Shown piece by piece: positions 31,380 to 41,025 of a stretch of DNA of 64,000 nucleotides. Positions within the stretch are counted from its first letter, which is position 1. Every line of letters begins with the position of its first letter. The position numbers and the translations under genes were made by a program. The notes beneath the pieces were generated by a model, which did no database searches, was not told the DNA's origin, and was given only the letters and a program-made list of their open reading frames with translations. This DNA is from Thermoanaerobaculia bacterium (lineage in GTDB: Bacteria; Acidobacteriota; Thermoanaerobaculia; Multivoradales; Multivoraceae), in the NCBI GenBank assembly GCA_963666565.1, contig OY762911.1:4128001-4192000 (forward strand), written 5' to 3'.

Positions 31380-32504
31380 CTACCGGCGCCGGTTCTTCTT
31401 CGCCTGCTGGACCGACTTGTAGAACGCGCCCAACTTCCGCTCCGCGGCGCGGCGGGAGGCTTCGTCGCGGCGCTGTTCCAACCGGCGCTGTTCTTCGCGG
31501 AGATCGTCGTAGTTGCGCAGGCGCGCCGGGTCGAGCGAGCCGTTCCGGATCGCCGCCCGAACGGCGCAGCCGGGCTCGCTGCCGTGGCCGCAGTCGCGGA
31601 AGCGGCATTCGCGCGCCAGATCCTCGATGTCGTCGAAGGTCTCTTCCAGGCTGCCCTCGTCGTCGGCCCAGAGCTGGAGCTCGCGGATTCCGGGGTTGTC
31701 GATCAGGAGACCGCCGCCCGGCAACTGAACCAGTCGCCGATGGGTCGTCGTGTGGCGGCCGCGGTCGTCGCTTTCCCTCACCGGGGCGGTACGCATCACG
31801 ATCTCGCCGCAGAGCGCGTTGAGCAGGGTCGACTTGCCCGCGCCCGACGAGCCGATCATGGCCACGGTCCTGCCGGCCGCCAAGTGAGCCGCCAGCGGCG
31901 CCAGGTTCCCGAGCGGCGTAGCCGGTGTCGAGCCGGACCTCGTCTTCTCGCCCGCCAGGGCGTTGATGGCAACGACCGTCGTTCCCGGCGCCGCGTGCTC
32001 GGCCCGGACGCGTCCTGCTTCCGGGTCGTCGCAAAGATCCGCCTTGGTCAGCACGACGACGGGCTCGGCGCCGCTCTCCCTGACCATGGCGACGAAGCGC
32101 TCCAGGCGACGGGGGTTGAAGTCGCCGTCGAGGCCCATCACCAGGAACACGGCGTCGACGTTCGCGGCCACGACCTGCTCTTCCGTCCGCGCGCCCGCGG
32201 CCTTGCGCGACAGGCGGCTCCGGCGGTCCAGCACGTGGACGATCCTCGGGTCTACGCCGGGAACCGAGAAGGACTCGACCACCACCCAGTCGCCGACTGC
32301 CGGCGGGCCGGTCGCCGAGGTGCGCACACGCTTCAACACGCGCGCACCCATCTCGCCCTCCGCGGCCGCGACGTGGAACACGCCGCGCGCCATCGAAACC
32401 ACGCGGGCCGGAAACAGATGCTCGGGCGCGGCCGCCGACTCCAGGAATCGGTCGCAGGATTCGGCGAAGTCGGGCGCCCAACCCCAGGATTCGAGCAGCG
32501 CCAC
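31380..32504 (-). CDS. rsgA: Ribosome small subunit-dependent GTPase A
   Basis: AVGDWV, TKAD, GSSGAGKST, GRHTTT, DNPGIRE, CRFRDCGHGSEPGC. Start approximate. Confidence 0.93.
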   Translation of the reverse strand: MALLESWGWAPDFAESCDRFLESAAAPEHLFPARVVSMARGVFHVAAAEGEMGARVLKRVRTSATGPPAVGDWVVVESFSVPGVDPRIVHVLDRRSRLSRKAAGARTEEQVVAANVDAVFLVMGLDGDFNPRRLERFVAMVRESGAEPVVVLTKADLCDDPEAGRVRAEHAAPGTTVVAINALAGEKTRSGSTPATPLGNLAPLAAHLAAGRTVAMIGSSGAGKSTLLNALCGEIVMRTAPVRESDDRGRHTTTHRRLVQLPGGGLLIDNPGIRELQLWADDEGSLEETFDDIEDLARECRFRDCGHGSEPGCAVRAAIRNGSLDPARLRNYDDLREEQRRLEQRRDEASRRAAERKLGAFYKSVQQAKKNRRR

Positions 32505-32661
32505 GTTTACGAACCGTCCGCCCTGGGACCGAGGGCGGGCAACATGCCCGCGTGCCATTCGCACATCCGATGACGGAAGCACGGAGTGGGCCGCGGGCGG
32601 CGGGGACCGGGCCACGCGGGTTCCCAAGCCATCGAACACCCGTCCTCCCCCAAGGAGACCA

Positions 32662-33492
32662 CTACGTCAACCGTCGTTTCGGATCGAACGTGTCGCGCAG
32701 CCAGTCGCCCAGCATGTTCGACGCCAGGCAGGACGCCATGATCGCCAGCCCCGGCATCGTGATCAGCCACCAGGCGACCTCGATGAAATTGCGGCCGTCC
32801 GCCAGCATTCCGCCCCACGAGACCTGGGGCGGTTGGATGCCGAGCCCCAGGAAGCTCAAGCCCGCCTCGAAGACGATCACGCTGCCGAACTGGAGCGTCG
32901 CCAGAACCAGGAGCGTGTTCAGGACGTTCGGGGTCAGGTGCCGGATCAGGATCATCGAACTCGATACCCCCGCGACCCTGGCCACGGTGATGAAGTCGCG
33001 CTCGCGCAGGCTCAGCGCCTCGCCCCGCACGATGCGGGCGTACCAGGTCCAGTACGTCAGGACAATGATCGTGATGACCATGCCCTCGCCGGGCGGCAGC
33101 ACGGCGGCGAACAACATGGCCAGGGGAATGGACGGAATCGACATCTGCACGTCGATCAACCGCGAGATCACGGCGTCCACCGCACCGCCGAAGTAGCCGG
33201 CGGCGAGCCCCAGCGCGGCGCCGATGCCGCCCGAGAGCGCGATGGCGTAGAGGGCCACCGTCACCGACACGCGCGCGCCGGCGATGATGCGGCTCAGGAT
33301 GTCGCGCCCCAGCATGTCCGTTCCGAGCGGATAGTCGAAGCTGCCGCCGGCCCGCCAGAACGGCGGGGTCATCGACTCGGCAAGCGCGATCTCGGAGGCC
33401 TCGTGAGGCGCGAACCACGGTCCCGCGACGGCACACAGCAGGACCAGGCCGAGAACCAGGCAGGAGACGACGGGCACCCGCCGCTCAGCCAT
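32662..33492 (-). CDS. Peptide/nickel ABC transporter permease (DppC-like)
   Basis: PLGTDMLGRDILSR and EAGLSFLGLG..PP..SWG. Confidence 0.92.
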   Translation of the reverse strand: MAERRVPVVSCLVLGLVLLCAVAGPWFAPHEASEIALAESMTPPFWRAGGSFDYPLGTDMLGRDILSRIIAGARVSVTVALYAIALSGGIGAALGLAAGYFGGAVDAVISRLIDVQMSIPSIPLAMLFAAVLPPGEGMVITIIVLTYWTWYARIVRGEALSLRERDFITVARVAGVSSSMILIRHLTPNVLNTLLVLATLQFGSVIVFEAGLSFLGLGIQPPQVSWGGMLADGRNFIEVAWWLITMPGLAIMASCLASNMLGDWLRDTFDPKRRLT

Positions 33493-34402
33493 GGCGGATC
33501 CTCGGGTCGATCAGCCCGTAGCTCAGGTCGACCAGGAGGTTCACGACGACGAAGATGACCGCCGACAGCACGACCCCGGCTTGCACCACCGGAAAGTCGC
33601 GCGCGAAGACGGCGTCGACCACCGCGCGGCCGACTCCCGGCCAGGCGAACACGACCTCGATCACGAAGGCGCCGCCGAGCATGTTCGCGAAGTAGACGCC
33701 GATCATCGTCGCCAGGGGCACGGCGGCGTTGCGCAGCGCGTAGCGCCAGATGACCGTGCGCTCCGGCAGGCCCATCACCCGACCGGTACGGATGTAATCG
33801 CTGTCCAGGATGTCGAGCATCGATGAGCGCAGCGTGCGGGTCATCGCGGCGACCGGGTACCAGCCGAGGGCGATCGCCGGCAGAACGAGGTGGAACGGTC
33901 CCTCGCGGCCGAACGCCGGCAGCCACTGGAGCCGCACGGCCAGGAAGAGGATGAGCAGGAGGCCGACCCAGAACCCCGGCATCGCCTGGCCGAGGAGAGC
34001 CAGCACCTTCGCCAGCCGGTCGACCCAGCGGCCGCGGTAGACGGCCGACATCACGCCCAGCGGCACGGCCAGCAGCAGCGCGAAGGCGAGGCCCGCCAGC
34101 GCCAGCTCCAGGGTCGCCGGCAGCCGCTCGAGCAGCAGCGGCATCGCCGGCGCCTGCCACTGGTAGGACTCGCCGAAGTCGCCGGTGAACGCGTCGCGCA
34201 GGAAGACGAGGAACTGGACCGGCAGCGGCCGGTCGAGGCCGAGGGCCTCGCGCATCGCCGCGAAGTCCTCCTCCGAAGCGTCCATCGGCAGCAACAGGGC
34301 GACCGGGTCGCCGGCCAGGCGCTGCGCCACGAAGACGATCACGAGCGCACCGAGCACCGCCACCGCGCCCTGCCAGAGCCGCCGGATCAGATAGGCGCGC
34401 AT
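33485..34402 (-). CDS. Peptide/nickel ABC transporter permease (DppB-like)
   Basis: GLDRPLPVQF, RLPATLEL, EVVFAWPGVG, DPRIR. Confidence 0.92.
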   Translation of the reverse strand: MRAYLIRRLWQGAVAVLGALVIVFVAQRLAGDPVALLLPMDASEEDFAAMREALGLDRPLPVQFLVFLRDAFTGDFGESYQWQAPAMPLLLERLPATLELALAGLAFALLLAVPLGVMSAVYRGRWVDRLAKVLALLGQAMPGFWVGLLLILFLAVRLQWLPAFGREGPFHLVLPAIALGWYPVAAMTRTLRSSMLDILDSDYIRTGRVMGLPERTVIWRYALRNAAVPLATMIGVYFANMLGGAFVIEVVFAWPGVGRAVVDAVFARDFPVVQAGVVLSAVIFVVVNLLVDLSYGLIDPRIRHG

Positions 34403-34557
34403 CGCTTCGAGGCCTTCACCGAACCGCCGGGCCGCCGCGCCTGGCCGCCGCCTGCGCCGCGGGCGTCATCGCGCCGGCTCTTCGTCCATCGCCCGGTCCG
34501 CCAGACCGATGTGCCGCATCGTCCGCACCAAGGGTTCCCGCGCCTGCGCCGAAGGCG

Positions 34558-36147
34558 TCACTGCCCGGACTCCCCACGTGCCACGGGCTCGGCCGGGCCG
34601 ATGTCCCGCATCATCCGCCAATTCGCCTGCGGCCAGGGCTCGAAACGCAGCGTGTCGCGCCAGGCCAGCGTCACGAGCGGCCGGTAGGTCGGCAGGCCGC
34701 CGGCTACCCGCTCGTGCTTGAGCCGGGCGATCTCCCGGATCAGCGCCTCCTTGGCCTCCGGGTCTGCCGTGACGCGCAGGGTCTCGACCATCTCGTCCAG
34801 TTCCGGGTCGTCGTGGTATGAGTACCAGCCCCAGCCGTCGCGGTACGAGTGCAGGTGGCCGCCCCATGCGTCGGTCGGATCGCCGAGAGCGCCGTGGCCC
34901 CACATCCAGCTCGCGATGCCGTCCATCTCCGGGCGGGCGTCGCGGCGGCCGAGGTTGATCCAGGCGCCGTACTCGAGCTGCACGATCCGGCAGCGGATGC
35001 CCGCGGCGGTCAGGTAGGCGAACATCGCCTCGCCCACTTCCTTGAGGTACGGCTCGCGCGGCGTCGTCAGGTTGTAGCAGTTCACGTTGATGCCGCGGCC
35101 GTAGCCGGCCTGCCGCAGCAGCTCGCGGGAGCGGTCCGGGTCGAACGCGTACGCATCAAGCGCGGGATCGTGCCCCGGCGCTCCCGGCGTCACCTGGACC
35201 GTCCGAATGCCCTGCCCGTGAAGGATGTACCGGATGATCGCGTCGAAGTCGACGGCGTGCGCCACGGCCCGTCGCACGCGGACGTCTCCCAGCGGACTTC
35301 GCGGGTCGAGAGCGTTCAGCGCGAGGAACAGGTTGTTGCTCGTGGGCAGCGAGGCGACCTTCACGCCGGGCGTCCGCTCGAAGTCCGCGACCTGTGCCGG
35401 CGGCACGGCGTCGATCCAGTCGACCGCGCCGGTCTTGAACGCGGCGACCCGGGTCGTGTCCTCCGGGACGATCTTGATCGTCAGCCGGCGGATGCCCGGC
35501 AGCGAGTCGGGGTCCCAGTAGTCGTCGAACCGCTCGACGACGATCTCCTCCCGCACGCTGCGCGACACGAACCTCCAGGGCCCGGTGCCGATCGGATGCG
35601 CCTGCACTCCTTCGTTCCCGACCTCCTCGTAGTACCGCCGGGGAATGGCCCAGAGGTCGAGGTTGAGCGGCAGGAGCGCCGAGTCCGGCAGGCCCTTGAA
35701 GACGATCTCCAGTTCGTAGTCGCCGAGCACCCGCACGTCGGCCACGTGCCGCCAGCGCCCGGCCTGGCGCGAAAGGGACGGATCCCGCTGGCGAAGATAG
35801 CTGTAGCGGAGATCGTGGGCCGTCAGTTCGTCGCCGTTGTGGAACCGGACGCCCCGCCGCAGCTCGACGCCGATCAGCCAGACGCCGTCGCGCTCGAAGA
35901 GCCGCCAGGACTCGGCCAGCCAGTTCCGCTGCTTCAGGTCCGGGCCCACCGTGAGCAACTGCTCATAGAACAGCGCCATGAAGTACTGGTCGACGCCGGC
36001 CGAAGTCCGAGTGGGGTCGATCTGCGTCGGCTCCGCGGCGAACGCAACGACGACGTGGGCGTCGCCACCATCGTCGACGGCCGCGAGCGGCAGCGACAGC
36101 AGGCAGCCAGCGCACAGACACGCCGCCGCCATCACTCCACGCCGCAT
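34558..36147 (-). CDS. ABC transporter substrate-binding protein (family 5)
   Basis: Signal peptide, LRRGVRFHNG, PIGTGPW, DVRVRRAVAHAVD. Confidence 0.92.
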   Translation of the reverse strand: MRRGVMAAACLCAGCLLSLPLAAVDDGGDAHVVVAFAAEPTQIDPTRTSAGVDQYFMALFYEQLLTVGPDLKQRNWLAESWRLFERDGVWLIGVELRRGVRFHNGDELTAHDLRYSYLRQRDPSLSRQAGRWRHVADVRVLGDYELEIVFKGLPDSALLPLNLDLWAIPRRYYEEVGNEGVQAHPIGTGPWRFVSRSVREEIVVERFDDYWDPDSLPGIRRLTIKIVPEDTTRVAAFKTGAVDWIDAVPPAQVADFERTPGVKVASLPTSNNLFLALNALDPRSPLGDVRVRRAVAHAVDFDAIIRYILHGQGIRTVQVTPGAPGHDPALDAYAFDPDRSRELLRQAGYGRGINVNCYNLTTPREPYLKEVGEAMFAYLTAAGIRCRIVQLEYGAWINLGRRDARPEMDGIASWMWGHGALGDPTDAWGGHLHSYRDGWGWYSYHDDPELDEMVETLRVTADPEAKEALIREIARLKHERVAGGLPTYRPLVTLAWRDTLRFEPWPQANWRMMRDIGPAEPVARGESGQ

Positions 36148-36223
36148 GAAGGGAACCTACCGCAAGGACGCAGAGGCCCCGCAGGACGAACCAAGCGCCA
36201 CGGCGCCCGGTCGTGACGCGCCG

Positions 36224-36652
36224 CTACCCATGCTCCGACCAGGGATTCAACATGGGCACGTTCATCAGCGAGAAGTCCCGTACGTTCCGCGTAACCACGG
36301 TCATCCCGTGCCGACGCGCCACCGCCGCGATCTGGGCGTCAACGACCGGAAGCGGCAGCCCCGCCTTGTCCCCGGCCGCCAGCATCTCGCCCCAGATGGT
36401 CGCCGCCTCCGCGTCGAAGGGCAGAATGCGACCCTTGAAGTCCCCCATCAGTTGACGTTCGATCCATGCCGCGTAGGCGCGACGCCTTGCTTCGTCCCGC
36501 AGCCTGCGCGCACCGCGGACGATCTCCCCGACCGTGATGACCGAGAGATAGAGATCCGTCGCCAGGCGCCCCGCCAACCAATCGACGACCTGCTGTGCGG
36601 GCCTCGGCTTGAACGTCTCGCTGAGGACGTTGGTGTCGAGCAGAAAAGTCAC
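36224..36652 (-). CDS. vapC: VapC (PIN) toxin
   Basis: FLLDTNVLSE...SVITVGEI...DAQIAAVA...VTRNVRDF. Confidence 0.92.
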   Translation of the reverse strand: MTFLLDTNVLSETFKPRPAQQVVDWLAGRLATDLYLSVITVGEIVRGARRLRDEARRRAYAAWIERQLMGDFKGRILPFDAEAATIWGEMLAAGDKAGLPLPVVDAQIAAVARRHGMTVVTRNVRDFSLMNVPMLNPWSEHG

Positions 36653-36972
36653 TCGAGGTCGACCGGGCGGCCCGTGGAGCGGTCGCGCTCAAACTCCAAC
36701 TCCTCCATGCCCTTTGGCAGGCTCGAACGCAAGGCGGCGATCAGATCCGCCCCAGTCCTGATCGGCGGCGCCGAAACGAGGTCGGCAAGCCGCCGCCGGA
36801 CCACCGCGCCCGCCCCGCCTCCTTCCCGGAGAGTTCGCCCGACCGCCCGGATCAGGTCCGCGTCCTCCGCCGGCACCGTCACTTCAACTCTCTTCGACCC
36901 CTCGGCCAGCACCCTCCTGCGATGCCGCCTCACTCGCTCCCTCGACGTTTCTCTCGTTGCAGGCTCAGCCAT
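36649..36972 (-). CDS. Putative antitoxin (MazE/DUF3018-like N-terminus)
   Basis: SRERVRRHRRR...KRVEVTVPAEDADLIR. Directly upstream of and overlapping vapC. Confidence 0.7.
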   Translation of the reverse strand: MAEPATRETSRERVRRHRRRVLAEGSKRVEVTVPAEDADLIRAVGRTLREGGGAGAVVRRRLADLVSAPPIRTGADLIAALRSSLPKGMEELEFERDRSTGRPVDLE

Positions 36973-37071
36973 GGCGTAGTCCCGGTAACGTTTCCGGGAA
37001 CCTAGCGCATCGCCTGCTCGAACGTCAATCCCGCCGGGAATCGCCAACGCGCCGGCGCATAGAGTCGGCAC

Positions 37072-38124
37072 ATGGCTGAACCGGTCGCCAAGCCTGCCAG
37101 ACGAGTTCCCCACGACCCTCGTCCGCCTCGGGCCGCCGACTTCCCCGGCTGCCGCGAGAAGACGATCCCGCGCGACGAGATCGAGGACTACGAGGGCCGC
37201 ATCGAGTACTGGGACGCCCGCAACGAAGCCGCATTCATCGCGGAGCCGACCACCACGTATCACGAGTACGGCGCCCGGCGCCTGACCCGTCTCGTGGCGC
37301 TGATCGGGATGCGGCGCGGGGCAGCGATCACGGTCGTGGGATCGGCCGACCTCGTGGTGCGCGACGGGCAGAGCCATCGCCGCGTCATCCAGGCCGACGA
37401 GAGCGTGTACCTGCGGACGGCGGACGCTCCCGAGGATCGGTGGATCGAAACCGGCGTCCACCGCCTCCCGGACGTCGTCCTGGAGGTCGACTACAGCACC
37501 GACGCGAGGCGCTACAAGCTCGGCGTCTACGAGTCCTGGGGCTTCCCGGAGGTCTGGATCGAAGTGCCCGACGCCGGTTGGCGCTACCGTCCGAAGAACC
37601 GAGGTTCGGCCCTCACGATTCACCTGCTGGAAGGCGGCTGCTACGTCGAGGCGCCGTCGAGCCGGGCGTTCCCGGGCTGGACCGCCGAGGAGATCCACCG
37701 GGCGCTGAACGAGACCGAGCCCTCCGCGGAGACCGTCGAGATCGCGCGCCGCGTGGCCGATGCCCTCGCCGCCGCCGGCGGCACGAGCCCCGACGACGAT
37801 CCCCTGCTGCGCCGGGAGCGCGCCGAGGGGCGGGAGAAGGGTCGCGCCGAGGGCCGGGCCGACGAGCGCCTCGACATCGTGCGAAGCGCAGTTCAGGACG
37901 CGTTCACCGCGCGCTCCCTTGCGATCACGCCCGGCCTGCGGTCCTGGCTCAACGAAGCGGATCCGGCGCTGGTCCCGGTCGAACTGATCCGTCTGGCCTG
38001 GGAGTGCCGCGACGCGGACGACTTCCTGAGCCGCGCGGCTGCCGCGCCGCGAGCGCGTAGCGGAGGCGGCCGAGGGTGGACTCGGGAGGAACTCTACGGG
38101 CGCGGCCGTGCGCGTACTGATTGA
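37072..38124 (+). CDS. Uma2 family endonuclease with C-terminal extension
   Basis: QADES...PDVVLEVDYSTD...KLGVYESWGFPEVW, followed by an EGREKGRAEGRA helical tail. Confidence 0.8.
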   Translation: MAEPVAKPARRVPHDPRPPRAADFPGCREKTIPRDEIEDYEGRIEYWDARNEAAFIAEPTTTYHEYGARRLTRLVALIGMRRGAAITVVGSADLVVRDGQSHRRVIQADESVYLRTADAPEDRWIETGVHRLPDVVLEVDYSTDARRYKLGVYESWGFPEVWIEVPDAGWRYRPKNRGSALTIHLLEGGCYVEAPSSRAFPGWTAEEIHRALNETEPSAETVEIARRVADALAAAGGTSPDDDPLLRRERAEGREKGRAEGRADERLDIVRSAVQDAFTARSLAITPGLRSWLNEADPALVPVELIRLAWECRDADDFLSRAAAAPRARSGGGRGWTREELYGRGRARTD

Positions 38125-38330
38125 CGACACGGCGGCAGTCGGCCGGAAGGCCAGCGCGCGTCGCAAAGAGGAGAACGAAGACCAGCCGCCGCAACCATCA
38201 GGCCGACCCGATCCAAGGCGCAGTGGAGCGCTCTCGACGAGAGCATTCCCTGCTTCGCCGAGTACCCCGAGTGGCGAGGCGCACCTCTCCTTCTCCTGAC
38301 CTGGACGGAAAGCCGCGCCGGAAGCCCGTG

Positions 38331-39146
38331 TCAGCGCGCGGCGCGAAGACCCGCCGGCAGGCCGCCGGTCGGGTTCGCGTTCTTGTAGAACCGGGACTCG
38401 AGCACGCGCATCCGGCGCTTGTAGAGGTCCTTCTGGTCGGCGGCGGTCAGGTCGAAGGCGCGCACGAAGAAGCGGCACTCGCGTTCCACCGTCCAGAGAT
38501 GCACGGGGAGGGTCTGCCGCAGAAACTCGGTCTCGGTGAGCAGTCGGCTCGCCTGGACCGCGCCGACCGGCAGTTGCCTGCGCGCGGCCTCGTGTTCGGG
38601 AGCGCGGGCGGGCGCCACGATGAAGCCGCCCGGCGCCAGCGCGATGTCGAACAGGTAGGCGACCGTGCCGTCCCGGTCGTACCAGCAGCTCGGGTGATCC
38701 GTGCCGCCGCCGCCCCGGGCGCGCTCCTGGACCTCCAGCCGCTCGATTCGCCGGTTGGCGCGGTCGAGTCGCTCGGCAAGCGCGGCGGCGCTCTTCTCGG
38801 ACTCCCGGAGCCGGTTCACGATCTCCGGCGCCGACGGCTCGGGAATCGTCGTCTCCATCTCGCGTACGAGTTCCCGCCAGTTGTCGGCGTCCCGGTGTTC
38901 GTCCACCCGCTCACGCAGCGCCGCCTTGAGCGCCACCGGGTCCTCCGGCAGCGCCTCCTCCTCGAACAGCGCGTCGATCCGCTCGAAGCGCACCAGTTCC
39001 TGTTCGGCCGCCTGCCGCCGGTCCGACTCGCGCGCGAGCAGGGCGGCCAGCGCGAGCAGAAGGACGAAGATGATCAGGATGGCGATCTCCGCCATCGTGA
39101 GGCCGAGGACCAGGCCGCGCGGGAACGTGCGGCCGCGCTCGCTCAC
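38331..39146 (-). CDS. Single-TM coiled-coil protein, MotB/ZorB-like membrane anchor without OmpA domain
   Basis: GLVLGLTMAEIAILIIFVLLL (acidic residue at TM start), coiled coil, C-terminal domain with PSCW...ECRFFV. GTGA overlap with the upstream gene. Confidence 0.6.
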   Translation of the reverse strand: MSERGRTFPRGLVLGLTMAEIAILIIFVLLLALAALLARESDRRQAAEQELVRFERIDALFEEEALPEDPVALKAALRERVDEHRDADNWRELVREMETTIPEPSAPEIVNRLRESEKSAAALAERLDRANRRIERLEVQERARGGGGTDHPSCWYDRDGTVAYLFDIALAPGGFIVAPARAPEHEAARRQLPVGAVQASRLLTETEFLRQTLPVHLWTVERECRFFVRAFDLTAADQKDLYKRRMRVLESRFYKNANPTGGLPAGLRAAR

Positions 39147-40183
39147 CAGAAACCCCAACGCCGCAACTCGCGCCGACGGCCGCCCTCCTCCGCGACGGCG
39201 TCGAGCCGGTCCGCCATGCGCAGCAGCGACCGGTTCATCGCCTGCGAGAGGTGGCGGTTCTCTTCGAGGATCTCCGTCAACCGCGCCACCGCGCCCTGGT
39301 TCTGCTCGATGACCCGCAACTGGCTCGCCTCGAGGCGCCGCAGACCCTCCGCGACGGAAAGGAACTCCCGCGCCAGTTCCTGGAACCGCTCCGACGTCGG
39401 CCCAATCAACTCCTCGACGAACTCGCGCCGGAAGTCCACGGAACGGAAGTTCGCGAGCAGTTGCCGAAGGGAGTCGCTCACGGCCTCCGACTCGGAGACG
39501 AAGCGCTCCCGTTGAGCCTGGATGTCGCGGGCCGACGCGGCGGCGGCTTCGTCGACCTCGCCGACGCGCTGCCGGAGCGCCCCCAGCCGGGCGGCGCCGC
39601 TCTCCAGGTCTTCGATCCGCTCTTCCAGCGCGGCGCCCGCGGCGGTCACGCCCCGATCGAGTTGCTCGAACACCCGCTTCGCCTCCGCCCGAAACTGCTG
39701 GAACTCGTCGATCGAGTACTCCATCTCGGCACGCAGACGGCGGTTCGCGCGGGCCAGGTCCTCGCGCGCCCCCGCTTCCGCCCGTTCCTCGTCCTGCGGC
39801 TGGTTCAGGAGGATGCGTCCGGCCAGACCGAGGATCGTGCTGGTCAGGGCCAGACCGAAGTTCGTGACGATGGAGCTCGTCGCCCCTTCGGTGTTGAACT
39901 GGTACAGCGAGATGGCCAGCGAGATCAGCGTGTAGAGAAAGCCCAAGTAGTAGAGGTTGTCGCCCGCGAAGTCGTACCTGGGCCGCATCTCCGGCCACTC
40001 CACGAGCAGGCAGGCGTAGCTGCCCATCAGGACGATCGGCAGCAGCACGGCGAGAAGCGGGCTCGCCGTCAACGACTTCATCAGCAGGATGAGGAAGCCC
40101 CCGCCGGCGAAGAACGCCAGAAACAGCCCGCGGCCGCTCCCCGGCCCGGAATCCACCGACCGTTGCCGCGATGCGACGGACAT
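39143..40183 (-). CDS. MotA/TolQ/ExbB-like (ZorA-like) membrane protein with helical tail
   Basis: GDNLYYLGFLYTLISL and NFGLALTSTILGLAGRILL resemble MotA TM3/TM4, followed by a long coiled-coil tail. Confidence 0.65.
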   Translation of the reverse strand: MSVASRQRSVDSGPGSGRGLFLAFFAGGGFLILLMKSLTASPLLAVLLPIVLMGSYACLLVEWPEMRPRYDFAGDNLYYLGFLYTLISLAISLYQFNTEGATSSIVTNFGLALTSTILGLAGRILLNQPQDEERAEAGAREDLARANRRLRAEMEYSIDEFQQFRAEAKRVFEQLDRGVTAAGAALEERIEDLESGAARLGALRQRVGEVDEAAAASARDIQAQRERFVSESEAVSDSLRQLLANFRSVDFRREFVEELIGPTSERFQELAREFLSVAEGLRRLEASQLRVIEQNQGAVARLTEILEENRHLSQAMNRSLLRMADRLDAVAEEGGRRRELRRWGFW

Positions 40184-41025
40184 CAGTTGAGGCCGTCGAC
40201 GCGCACGACCCGAATCAGGGCGCCTCCCTGGTCCTCGATCCACCGCTGCCAGAAGTCGATCAGGCCGCGGGCGCCGTCCAGGCGGTCGTGGACCGCGCGC
40301 TGAACGAACAGGACCTCGACCGCGGTTCCCCGAAGGTCCGTGCGCAGCGCGGCGGCGCCGGTCGTCGCGGCGAAGGCGTCGTAGTCGACCGCCTGGCGGA
40401 AGAAGGAGAGGTTGCGCGTGTTCTGCATCAGGTCGGACACCAGGATCAGGCGTCTTGGAAGATCCGCGTACTCGTGCCGGCCGAGCACGGATACCGCCAC
40501 GCTCTGCACGCTCTCCATGAGCGGCGAAGTCGGCGCCGCCTCCCGGCCGAGCAAGTCGGCGAACAGGTCCTCGAGCGGCCGCTCGAACCGCTCCTCCAGC
40601 CGTCGCCGGATCAACCGCGGGTTCTCCGTCCACTCGCTGGCCTGGTCGGGATCGCCCGGATGGCAGACCGAGAGCAGCGGGGCTCCGATCTCGCTCCCGA
40701 CCGGCTTCGCCTCGAAGGCCAGGACCATCTCGTCCTCCCGGCTGCCGGCCACGTACTCGTCGAGGTGAGCGAGCACGTCGGCGCGGCTGATCGCGCCGAC
40801 CTGGTCCGTGACATCGACCAGGATCGCGGTCAGGGCCGCGGGCCCGGCCTCGGGACAGCCCGTCTCCGGGTCGCGATCCGGCGGCTTCGGAGCGAAGATC
40901 GTGAGGCGCGCGCCCACGACCAGGAGCAGCAGGGCGACGACCGCGATGCCGCCGCCGACCGCCAGATCCCGCGACGAGAGGTCGCCGCGCCGCGACCGAT
41001 GGCGCCGCCGCCTACGAGCCGCCAC
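40183..41025 (-). CDS. Membrane-anchored vWA-like domain protein
   Basis: N-terminal TM; AILVDVTD...TSP...LILVSD (MIDAS-like). Confidence 0.6.
   Translation of the reverse strand: MAARRRRRHRSRRGDLSSRDLAVGGGIAVVALLLLVVGARLTIFAPKPPDRDPETGCPEAGPAALTAILVDVTDQVGAISRADVLAHLDEYVAGSREDEMVLAFEAKPVGSEIGAPLLSVCHPGDPDQASEWTENPRLIRRRLEERFERPLEDLFADLLGREAAPTSPLMESVQSVAVSVLGRHEYADLPRRLILVSDLMQNTRNLSFFRQAVDYDAFAATTGAAALRTDLRGTAVEVLFVQRAVHDRLDGARGLIDFWQRWIEDQGGALIRVVRVDGLN

Noticed and set aside
32505-32661. Possible riboswitch or ncRNA upstream of rsgA
   Set aside because: Only generic GC-rich pairing; no recognisable family motif by eye.
38331-40183. Flagellar motAB or tolQR/exbBD
   Set aside because: No OmpA-like or ExbD-like periplasmic domain, a long coiled-coil tail, and no flagellar, tonB or tol genes adjacent.
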